NCBI GenBank assembly: GCA_030704615.1
Contig: CM060732.1
Location: 61,690,001-61,754,000 of the forward strand
DNA length: 64,000 nucleotides
Source of the DNA: Takakia lepidozioides
Taxonomy: Eukaryota > Plantae > Bryophyta
Reading direction: 5' to 3'
Part shown: positions 25,526 through 37,800 of the stretch, one piece after another
Layout: the number at the start of each line of letters is the position of its first letter
Position numbering within the stretch: the stretch's first letter is position 1
Notes under the pieces: model-generated
Seen by the model: the letters and a program-made list of their open reading frames with translations, nothing else
Database searches by the model: none
What the model was told of the DNA's origin: nothing
Translations under genes and position numbers: made by a program

Positions 25526-27805
25526 ACCAAAGATTCATCCACAAAAATTGACTGTACATCTACATACCACTGTTGGACCGGTGTATGTATTCTTAACCAA
25601 GTTATAGCCCAATGGTAATGGGCACATTCCACCTCGGAAGTGGTTGTGGGTTCAACCCACCGATTGGTGTCACAAAGGTGTCCACCTTCCTAATGGAAGG
25701 CAGTAAACCTTGGGGGATGAAGAGACACCATAATTTAGGCGTCATTCAGAAGGCGTTAAATATTAAATATTACCATTATTATTAAATACCAGACTGGTCC
25801 TGGTATGAAGGATCCCATACCAGGCTGGTAAGGGTATGGCAGGTATCCACTGGATTTACTGTTTGTTTCTACCATACTCACTATTTGTGTGTATTCCACA
25901 CCCTGGGTGGGGGGATTGAGTTAATTACAAAGTTAATTTTTGCAATTGGCTCACCTTGAATTGCTAAGCTATGACCCACCCCATAAGCACACACAAGGGA
26001 CCCTAATAATAGAGAAGGCTGTTTGGCTTGAAAGTTTTACAGTACTTAGCTAGGATACCATACCAAATAGAATGTGGGAGGTAGGAGCATGGAAAATCAT
26101 CCAGTCACTCTCTTGTCGTGTGGTGAATTTCTCCACAATTTGCTGGCAGCTGTACATGGTAGGCAAGGTGAACATGACAAGGTTCAAATTTTTGGATATA
26201 GTACATGGTAGGTGTGTAGCCTCAATTAACTCGCCATAGGTTATTTTGTTGGGGGCTGAAATTTGCCCAATGGCGGATCCTTAAGGGTTATAGTGTTTGT
26301 TTTTGGAACATTTTGTCTTTTGGCTTTTGAAAAAAAACCTTATTTGCTTCGACCAAACATGTTGGGCTATTTGAGAGATTATAGTGTTTAGTTTTGGAAC
26401 ATTTTGTTCTGTTTTGGTTTGAAAAAAACCTTATTTGCTTTCACCAAACATGTTGAGGGGATTTTTGAATTTTCCAAAAAGCCAAATTGTCATAATGTAG
26501 AGTACAAATGTGAGTGCATGCCCAATCTCACATCAAACCAACATTTTATTGCATACGCTGCTTTGATCTGTTTTGGTGAGGGTTGACGTAACCATTCCTA
26601 AGAAGCACAAGTAGGTACACAACCTGTGAGACAGCACTTGGCTATAAGGCCACAGGCACACCCAAATGGGTAGCCATCATGTCACGGCGGGCCCCACCCG
26701 CCGGGATGTCTGCCGCCGGCACACCGTTACAATTTCTGGGACTGGGGTGGCCCAATTAGGGGGCCACGTTCCAAGTCAACTCCCCTACACCCAACAATTT
26801 TCTCGGAGGTGGCATACCAAATGGCATGAATTGGAGCATGTGTGCCACCTCATGCGCTATAAATGCATAGAAAGAATGAATGTAAGAAAACTTCATCAAT
26901 GGAAGTTAGGATGGGTCATCCAAACAGGAAGTTAAGGGATAAGATGCCTAACAAACACTTTTTTAAATAAAATGTCAATTGGTTAATGAACATTTCTCTG
27001 CAAAAGACAAAATCAATAGCTCCAAGCCTCACATATATATAATACACCTTAGATGCAAGTGGACAAAGGCATAACTTGTGTATTGCGAGTTGAAATTACA
27101 AAAAGTAATTTGCACCACATTATATTGTATGATATTAAATTCTTTAAATAAATACAATGTATGATGTCGTGGAATATTGATAATACATACAATTCGTGCA
27201 CTATAAGATAAATTATTTTCTATATATTTTTTAGTGTCAAATAAGTCACAGTTTTCAAGTGACACTTACGTATCTTTATGGTCACGAGTGGTTGATTAGC
27301 CATATCAACTCTGGTATGACAACTCACATAGTGGAATCTATTAGACGAGTCAAATAGAACATTGTCATGTGATGGTCTGGAGATCTTCCACATAACATTA
27401 CATTTAAAATGATTTCAAGCGGACATCTTATAACGTGTGTGACATTTATAGTTGCACTTGTTCTTTGTATCCATTTTAAGATCCTTTGTGTATTGACACA
27501 TGGTCAATAACATCTATTAGTGATAAAGAGCTCGCTCATGTTCATTGAAGTACTTGAATCCACACCACAATCTTATAACATGGTTAAGTCATTGTTATAG
27601 TCAGAACAAATATTGAAACATCATGTACAATATAATTTATACATATATATCTAAATCGTGTCATTGATGTGTCAAATAGTTTTCGTTATCCAATCAAACA
27701 CTGACCATGATACACAAATATGTGATATAAGAGTAAATTATCTTACACCTCATCTGGTCTACATGTCACATCTTTCCATTGACCCAGATGATGTAAACTT
27801 CTAAA

Positions 27806-28337
27806 TGTTGGTGTGAGAAGGCTGTTAAGTTTGCACGTTGCTTGTAGTGGCGGTAGAACTAGAAGAAACCATTGCTACGAAGATACGAAACAAATCTTGC
27901 TCTATACTAAGCTAGTAGACACAATGCACGCCTGAGATGAACAAAGGAAATATGAGAGATTGAAAAATTACAAAGAGCTTGATCTTCCCAACACTCATCC
28001 ACCGACGATCACTGATGGCACTGTCCTACTTATTCTATATTTATAGATGTAGATGGCTATGCTGACTTGTAAAGTTAAGCACTATCCAGATAAGGCCGTG
28101 AAGATAAAGATTGATGTCGAGCAAGAATGAGCTGTACACAGAAGAATATTGCGATCTAGCTATTTTTAACACTCCCACTCAGTGAATTCTTTGCCAGACC
28201 GATATCCTTATTCAAATCTACATGCCTATCTCTTGACATGGCCTTTGTGAAGAGATCAGCTCGCATGTCCTGTGTCTTACAATATCTAAGATCTATTTCT
28301 GATCCTAATTTGTCCCTGATAAAGTGAAATTGAATGA
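27806..28337 (-). mobile_element. Copia 3' end: RNase H C-terminus, PPT and 3' LTR (27806-28171)
   Basis: IQFHFIRDK...YCKTQDMRADLFTKAM on the minus strand; PPT agtgggag; LTR bounded by TGTT...AACA. Confidence 0.8.
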
Positions 28338-30287
28338 GGGCTGCTAGGTCATGAGCCCAGAGGCGTGAGCCTATGAGCCCCGCCAGGCTCACGCCACGTC
28401 ATGTTTAGGGTTTGAATATGCTGGCTCTATTTCCGCTGGAAATAATTGCTCTTTAGAGTCATTGCTTCAATTTTTTCATCCATCCAAACTCCCCAAGTCT
28501 GAAATGCTTGTCAAGTATCTAATGACTCGGTCATTGTGGCACAACGCAGCAGGAGAAATGGACGCCTATGAAGCTATTCTTCATTTGTAGAAGCGGCACT
28601 GGCTGAAATGAAGTGTCCATGATGGCTTTGCAAGAACAACATTCTTGTGATCGATCCATACAAATTGAATCCATACATTCGCTACCAAGAAAGTGTCGTT
28701 CTTGCATGGTGGCTGCAGCTCCATGCCCAAGCGTGCAATCGCGCTCCATCTCCCTAAGCTTCACCCCCCGGAACGGATGATGGTTTGCGACACCAAACAG
28801 CGGTTGCAGATGCAGCAACATGGTGATCTTCCCACTACTACAGATTAACGTTTTTATGACTACGGGTGATATAAACCTTGGTAATCATGACTATATGTGT
28901 GACTACGAAGTGATGAAACTAGTGTTGGGCGGTTCTTGCATTTGTGAAGGAACCTTCAGTTCCGGTTCCACAATTATTTCAAGAGACGGTTCCGGTCCGG
29001 TTCCGGATCCAACTTTTAAACATGGGGGCGGTTCCGGTTACCGGTTATTTGCTGAAACCATCGGTTCCGGTTAGGTTCTGGTTCTATTTTTAAAATATAT
29101 TTATTTAATTTAATTAGATTTAAAATATTTTATCAGTCCGGCAGTGTATTCACATATTTGAACTAAAATCCAACGATTTTGTTAGTTTTCACTAACACAA
29201 AAAAACAAAAAAAAATACTCTAAATAAACTGGTAGAAGAAAATGGGTAAAATTTTATGGGTTGAAAGTACTATTCAGCTACCTGGCAAGTATTGGCATCT
29301 TCAAACATTTTTATTAATGAACTTAGCCATGATATCATGGAGCTGGAGATTGAACCCAAGATCTCATGGCGCTAAAGCATTGAACATAGAATCTCATGGC
29401 CTTCAAGCATTGAACCAGGAGCTTGAGAGCATTAAATAAGTTTTGCCCTGGGCCCACCAGCCCCACAAAGGGTCAGGAACCGGAACGTGTTTTTATCCCT
29501 CTGCGCCCCGGTTCTCCGGTTCTCACACCCAGCAGGAACCGCCGGTTCGGTTCTGCGCCGATCCCCATTGGCAGGTTCCGGTTCCGGGTCAGGTTCTGTA
29601 GGAATGGGCCCGGTTCCAGTCCGGTTCCGGTTAACCTGAACCTGAACCGGCAGTTAACTTGGGTCCTGGCGGGGGGGGGTTGCTATTCCATATGCACAGG
29701 TTGCGTGCATGCATGCACAAAATCCCTTATTATATATGCATGTGACAAATTTGTATGCACACATTGTAGATTGTATGCAGTGGAGTTATATAACATAGAA
29801 TACGACGTATTTATTGCATATGCAAATGTTACATCATATGTATATAGAAAAAAATAAAATAAAAATCTTAGCTAACAAAATCAGTAGTCAATGGTCAAAG
29901 ATGCATGTGACCACTAACTCCAACTAATGCACCACCTTAAACTGAAGAGAATACAAGATCCCTGGCCAAAGTAATAGTTTGCAAACTTGTATTCAAGGAA
30001 AACAGTTTCATATTAACCAAAATATGGACTTTTGTACTAACAAATGCATATGTGTCATGTTTGGAACCACCACATTGCATGTCTGTTTGTAATGCCAAGC
30101 AGTTCTATAATTTGAAAACTTGTATGACAGGTACACAAGTTCCATTTTAACCAAAATAGGAACTTTTGTACTAACAAATGCTATGTGTCATGTTTGGAAT
30201 AAAGTAGTAACAAGATAATTACATGTCACATGCACGAAAATGAACGGCACAAGTTAGAGGTTCTTTTTTTGTGCATTTCATGTGTCA

Positions 30288-33200
30288 CTAAGAAGTTGAA
30301 CTAGGGTCCTTCTTTAGCATAGCCCTAACCTCTAACTGGCTAAGGGAAGGTTGGTGGATCTCATAAGCCCCGGCGCATCCTAGATGCACGTTGTACATGA
30401 AGTACATGTGCTTACAAGGTAGATATGTTTGTTTTTTCTTCTTGACAGATAGCTCATCAAAGTCGGGACAATCACAAGATGGAAACTGACCAATGTATAC
30501 ATTGTAAACCAATCCTGCTCTGGTAGATCCCTCTGTTTGTAGCTGGTAAATTCTCCCATAACCTGGCTGAGGCACGTTTTTGAATCCACGAACCTCAGCA
30601 ATAAGAGTCTCCGCTGACTCTTGGCGACTCAAGTGTCGAGGAGTCGGATCCCGACGCCGAATGCGCACCCCATAGCGTGTAGTGGGATACTTACCCACAG
30701 GAAAGACAACACCTTGATGCATATGTTGTTCCACTGGAAGTGGTCCCACAGGAAAGTTCGGATCAGGAACGTTGGGAGGATGGACTAGTCGAAAACCTGC
30801 AAGGGTCAAGTTGTCCACCTCTTCTTGTGTAAGGTTGGTTCCAACCTTCACAGGCCACACGTTAGGTATACCCGGTTTTCCCAAGCAATAGGATGGCACG
30901 GTCCCTCCAACACACGACAAAACATCTGTGGGGCAAAACCAAAAAACTTGCAGTGTTGGTTCTTTCATGTTCGGTGCTAGTAACTTGCCAGTGAAGCAAG
31001 GTGCAGGACTTCCTTTACCTTTCCTGATGAGCGCTTTGCATTTATCTTTGGAAACTCCAACCAAGGCAGAACAACGAACCATGGAAGCGGGACCTGTCCG
31101 CTGAATCCTGACCAATGCATCGGAAAAGTCTTGTGTCTCTCTCACTGGATTTCCCCATTGCATTGGCTGGGGAGGGATAGCAACATGTGGATTTGTCTCA
31201 CAGAAAGTCGAAGAACTAGGAATGTCATGACTTGATTTGGAGCTGACGAACCTAGATGGCTGGTGTGGACTGGGCATCCCAGTGGCGCGCACTGGAACAG
31301 TCTTTACATTCATATCACACCTCCAAGATTCGTTTGGCCCACCATGCTCATCGCCTAACTTGCATTTGACTGGAATAGTGCGATTGTCTCCCTCCAATTG
31401 AACCCCCCTTGTGTGCATGGGTGTTCCAGCTACTATGCCACGTACAACCTTACCCATTTTTGCTGGGCTATTAGATCTAGCTGCTTGACGCAACATGAGC
31501 TCCTCTTTGTCGGGCCCCGTCCCCCATGTCTTTCCTGTGGTGTGCCTGTAAAATGTTGCCTGCTGCAAAAGAGCTCGTGACATGTCATGCATGGTGGCCT
31601 CATATAGATCCACCTTCATTTTTTTCCCATTGCCTGCTGTCTTCCACCAAGCAGAATGGACTGCCTCAGACAAATTAGTGGTAGGCATATCTGCATCTGC
31701 CTCCACATCCATGTCCTCTCTCATCCATTGGCCCCACATTCGATATCTGTAGTGCCACCATGCAAGCCATGAATCTAGTTTTGGCAGACTCTTTTCTGTG
31801 CATGCTCCTGAAGAGAGCCACCAAGCCCGAATTGCAATGTATGTGGTTGTAGCATCCTCCAAGGTAGCACTATATTTCCATTCATAACAGAGCTGAGTGT
31901 GCCTTTCACGGAAGTCCTCCAAGATATAGTCGTTGGTGTGTCTTCGGAGGCTTTCAGCCCAATGATATAAACATGTTATTTCTTTACCTTCCATTGGGAC
32001 ATTAGGATCAGATCCATAAACCCTTCGAACAGCAGCCCAATTCGCTCCTGCTGCATCCGCCATGAAGCCAGCAAAATTTAGTTTGTTCAAGCCAGCAAAT
32101 TTTGCTTGTTCATTGATCATCTCCCAGAATAACACCTGAGCATCTGCATCCTCTGTTTTCATATCGCAAATGGCAATGGTCATCATTCGCTTGACATATG
32201 GTTCATAGACATGACACGCAAGAGTTGTCCAATCCTTGATGCGTTTGACATGGTCAAATACTACCCAACTTGTGCGTAGATCCCCCTCACTCATGCGACG
32301 CACAAGATCAACACCACTCCCGGGACCAGCAACAGACATCTTGAAAACATGGGGGAGATGAGAAGTATGCTGGCCTGGAAGGAGATTGCTGTGAATGAAA
32401 TGGTATGTACTCAGACGCTTCAACTCCAATATGGACATGATGGAATTGACACGTGCAGATGCGACCTTGTTTTTCACATTGGGGCTACAAACATGGGAAA
32501 ACTCTTCAAGAATATCTTCCAAAGCCTCTCCCTCAAGACGTACTGTCTCTGTGCCATCAGCCACAAGAACTCGATCAATCAAGAGCTTTTGGGCCATTGA
32601 CAAGGAAATAGCTCCCGGGGTCGACCATGGCTTCATCTTAACGTGCTCTTGAATCATGCTTGATGCATTTTCCGCAGCCTCTCTATTCTCGCCCTTGGCA
32701 CATGGATGGTTATGAAACCCAACGTGAACTGCAACACGTGTATATGTTGGAAGGGAACTTGTGACATAGTACATTCTTGCCCCACAATGCGCCTCACAGA
32801 AAGGTCTTTCTTTGCAGAAACTACACTTGAACTGGTTGAATGGAACTTGGGCTCCTGCAATGAACACCTTGTCTGCATTGCCTTCCCAATAACGGTCATT
32901 CCGTTCTCCTTCTTTCTTGAAGAAGGGGCAAGTGCTGCTTTGACATATGAGCTTTCCAACACAAAGAACCTTACTACATTTCACATGATCTGGAACACAG
33001 ACATATTGTAGGTATTGGTCTTGCACCAAGAATGACCATCAAACTTGCGGTCCATGCCTTGGAGGGACTGTGAACCACGGTCCGTACGTAGTTTGACCAC
33101 GGGGGGGAGTTCGTGGATCACTTTTCCATCAAAAGCTCGAGGAAGACACAGAACACGATGCACTGGAATGTGACTATAGTCCAAGGTAGAAAGCTCTCCT

Positions 33201-33829
33201 TTTGATCCATTCCTCCGAGCAATGGCCAAGATACTCAAAATGGACAACACACCAGAAGGAAATGCAGATGTAGCCTCCCCTGCTAGTCATGGAGATGAAG
33301 ATAAACCCCTCGCAGATTCGCAACAATCAGACGTGGTGTTGTCCAATGGAGTTTTCCGAGGCTTCATGTCGTGAAGCAAGACCGTATGAGCAGATGAGGA
33401 AGGTTGAGATCCACAAAATACACTCTTAGAAACCTCAACACAATCCGAATTATGAGACCCCAAGCTCGCCGAATCTGCAACCTCCTCCTTCAATTTACAA
33501 CTCCCATTTGTCGCAGCTTGATCGTTCTTTCTTGCAATAGAAGTGTGCCTCTCATCATGTGACTGTGTATAGCTCGTACCTGTGACACGGTACTTGGAGA
33601 AAGTGTCTGGAAACAACTCCCATTGCTTTTGGCCGTCATTGAAAACTGGAAGCAACACTGTGGAGGCATCATCATCTCCATCATCCTCCAAAAAAACTGA
33701 ACCCGGAACAAGTTTGAATCTATTGCATAACCAAGGTTCTGGGATAATGCACTTGTTTCCATTGCAAGGATAACGAACCACTTTTGCATTAGGTGGACAT
33801 GAAAGCACTGCATATTTTGGTGTAGACAT
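30288..33829 (-). pseudogene. MULE-type DDE transposase with GCM-like Zn DNA-binding region and C-terminal SWIM finger; one nonsense codon (33287-33289) and one frameshift (~33005) upstream of a 913-aa open segment
   Basis: Cys/His region CVGKLIC..TC...CSFC...CGAR...HVGFHNHP; catalytic-core motifs VFDHVKR, FMADAAGAN, CLYHW (CxxH) and TTNLSEAVH; SWIM SCDCPDF...PCKH. ORFs 33829-33287 and 33250-32981 are in one frame. Confidence 0.85.
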
Positions 33830-34895
33830 TTGGCAATGCCCTCAAAGTTTGAGAGAAGATGCAAAATGAATGAAAGCGCACATCTTGCAAGACCTTATGC
33901 AAATACATTAAATGGCTTACATTACTTATGTGTATCATCAATCCAGAAGGTCCAAATTTTTTGAGGCATGTGCTCCATCCATATTATTCTCTGACAGAAA
34001 CAACTAAATGGACTATCCCCTATTTCTAAGACGACGGCGCCGTTGTTGAGATCTTAGAATCCAATGTACTGCCTTCTTCTTATGAGCATATGAAACATAA
34101 ATGCTCTGCATGTTTCCATTTATTTTACAACCAATCGTTGATTAATCGTCCAACTATGAACTGACACACTAGACGGCACAATTTATTTACAATCAAATCC
34201 CATGACATGTATGTTGATTTGTTCTTTGATTACTCATGTATGAGTAATGAGTACAAGTATTTGTGGCGACAATTGGCTCTAAAACCAATAAATTGATTAA
34301 GACACCCATAACAAAATATTTAGTTACTTTATCACTTACTTTATATTGTATTATGAAGGCGCCGCCACAAAGTAACATGTCAATCGTACAACCATCTTCT
34401 GAGGATCCACGTGTAACCCATGTAGTCCAAAAAACACTAACGCCAGAGTGTATAAAAAATGTTCACATTTCAGATTTGGCCAATTTGGCATTTTTAAGGC
34501 CTTAGCCTTCGCCCTCGCCCCCCTTTCCCCCCGCTCTCCTTGGCGGGGGCAGGTTTGAACCCGCAACCTAGTGGAAAATACACCACAACCTTACCAACAA
34601 GCCATGCTCTATTCAATGAAACAACCTCTACTTTTTTGTTAATAAACTGTTTCTTTTCAGTTAAACTTGTTGCCATTACTACATGACTAACCCGGTATCA
34701 TTACTACACTAACGTAGTCTAGTATACTTGCACATTATCCCTTGCCACTCCCCCAAACAAACACACACAAACTACACAAGCACTTAACACGTCTCTAGTC
34801 TCTACACCCTGGAGACTCCCGTTGCGAAGAGGAGACGGAGGCGCCGCATCTCGGCCTTATACTATACCACCCCGAGGCAACGAGCTGTTGCGGCG

Positions 34896-37800
34896 ATGGG
34901 GAGGAAGAAGGACACTCGAGGGGGAGGCGTTGCTGGTGGTGGTGGTGGTAGAGGCAAGCTGCGGACGGAGAAGGTAAGCTGTAGTTTTGTTTTTTTTCAT
35001 GACCTGCACTTAGGCATATGCGCCATCGCATAAGCCCCACCAAGCTGCTCCTTATCTAGCACATCCGCCGGCGCAGATGCCTAAGTCACTTCAAGTCTCA
35101 CAAGTTTGCGAATCTCCACACATACACACAACCGTCTCCGCCGGCGGAGACAGCTCATTCCCCTTGGTTTTTTCTGATGCTTGGAAGGGCTGGGCTGCCA
35201 CCTCCGCCGGCGCATACCGTTGGAGCTGGGATGCTCGCATGTTTCAGGAAGTGCTCCTCTACTCCCATCCCGTTTATTTTTTTGCATGCTCATACGTTGC
35301 TGATGCTCCGAGCGGGTTGGGCTGGCGTATCCGCTGGCGTATCCGGTGGCGCATACCTGTGCAGCAGGGCTGCTCAAATGTTTCAGGAAGTTCTCCCCTT
35401 TTCCATCTTCTTTGTTTTTTCGCATGCTGATGCTCCGAGTGGGCTGCGCTGGCATATCCGCCGGCGCATACCCATTGAGTACATTCTTTTTTGCTCAGAT
35501 CATAGGTTTCAGGAACCTCCTGCAAGCGTCTCCACCGGCGGAGACACTTGAGCTTGGTTTTTTTTGCATATTCCTTGTGTTACGGAAGCTCCAAAGCGCC
35601 AAGGCTGCCACCTCTGTCAACACAGACCCGTGCAGCAGGGCTGCTCACATATTTCAGGAAGTTCTCCCCCCCTTCCATCTCTTTTGTTTCTCCGCATTCT
35701 CATAAGTTGTTGATGCTCCGAGCGGGCTGGGCTGCCATATCCGCCGGCGCATACCCATTGAGCACAATCTTTTTTTGCTTAGCTCCTAGGTTTCAGGAAC
35801 CTCATGCAAGCATCTCCGCCGGCGGAGATGCTTGGAGCTTGGTTTTTTGTTGTATATTCCTTGTGTTACGTAAGCTCCAAAGTGTCGAGGCTGCCACCTC
35901 CGTCGGCGCAGACGCTTGGGGAACCTTCCCTATTTTGGTTGATCACAGTATTCAAGTATCTCAAAGCTTCTACGTTGCCACCTCCACAACTCCACATGCT
36001 TCCATAGGCCTAGTTTGATCTTTCAAGGTGCTCCTGTATGTTTGGCTACAACCTCCCTTCCATGGTATGCGCCGGCGCATATGCTTGGAGCTCCTTGAGC
36101 AAAAATTTCTTCAAGGGCCTCAAATCTTGTCAAATTTTGAGTTGGTTGCACATATGTGTCATATGCGCCGGCGTAGGTGGTCGGAGGTCCTCTGTCGGGA
36201 TGCTCACGCCTGTATTCTGCTCCAAGTTGTAAGCTTTGAAAGACAAGGATATTCATGGAATTAGTTGACTATCCAAATTCATTTGTTTTCTTCATGCAAC
36301 CATGACACTGAACTGCTCTTTTTACATATTATACATTCACACATGTGCTCTTCTCATACACTGACATCTTGAACTGTTTTGGTCTATGGAATTAGGAAAT
36401 TACTACTACAACTGAAGCTGTGGAGGCCGGGACGCTTGCAACCATTATTGACGACATTGATGCAGGGAATTGGGGGGCAGATGAGTATGAAGAGGATACA
36501 ACATCTAGTGATCCTCTTTCTCTAGATGCCAAACAGGCAATTATTCTGGAAAAGAAACAAGATCTGAATGTAACTTTCAGGTCCCTCCTCATTGAGGATG
36601 GAGTTATGGACATTCCATTGTGTCGCATGATTTCTATGCAGGTTGTTAGGCCCGCCCTTGCCAACGACATCCTAAAGCTTAGAGGAGACTTCTATTCTGG
36701 ATACCATCCAGGAGCAGCCGTGTTCTATGTTTCTGTTGAGGGGATTGATGGATCTACTATAGATGTAGGTCCTGATATCATCTCTACATGGGATAGTCAT
36801 TGGAAAATAGTCAATGATGAGTTTGAGAAGTATCTTGAGTCCAAGCCAAAGTTGCATCATCTTCGGGGGAAGATGTTTCATGTCTGGGATGGGAATCATA
36901 GGCTTCAAGCATGGTATCCCTATATCAATGAAGTTCATGGGGCCAACTTGTCAAGACATGTCTGTGTGACAAGTTGGGTGCTCAATGCGGACATTGAAAA
37001 TCGTGGTTCCCTCAGGTCCATCATGGATGGAGTGAATGTGTGAGTTTCCTTTCTATTCTTCATTTACTTTCATGTTCAATGTTGTCATGTTCTTGCTCAA
37101 TGGATGTACATATACACATCTTCTTTCTAATGATCATATTTTATATGTGCAGGGCAACAGAGAGGGCACATGTTACATCCAAATTTGTGCACTTGGTTTG
37201 CAAGGTCAATATGATTGGCCTTACACCTGTCTCTGAATGGAAGAATGTATTGAGGAAAGAGCAATACGACGAATGCATCAAGAAAGCAGGAAAGACTTGG
37301 TATAACCTGACAGTCCATGCAATGACAGAGATTTTGTACAAGGTAACATCATGTCTTAACCAAGTTTCATTCTTTGCATCCATAGACAAGATTCACCTCT
37401 GGTTCATGTTATGAACTGTTTTGGTTCTTTTGGCAGCATGATATTGTTGAGGCCCAACGCATGGCGGGGGAAGCTTACAAACTTGCTGAGGGGCCAAAGA
37501 GTCAAGAGGGCCTTGAAGATACAATGAGACAGGCTGGATTGAAAGCAAGGGAGCAACACAAGAGTCAGCTTGTGAAGTTGCTTCCTATTGCTGATCCAAC
37601 CCTTGGAGAGGGGTTTCTCCAAGAACTTAAACTGCATTGGTCACGTGTAAAGGCAGGATCAGAGGAAATGACCCAAGAGAAAATGGTGAACATTGCTACC
37701 GCCCGGGTGGATCCTGAAGAAAAGGTGGAATGGCTACATATATGGAATGGAGACCAAACACTTCACGACCGTAATTTTTTTCCACCCGGGCCTATCAGTG

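Noticed and set aside
35077-36264. Overlapping 60-156 aa ORFs on both strands (likewise 6798-8691 and 61183-62166)
   Set aside because: They are translations of GC-rich tandem or palindromic repeats with no recognisable domain.
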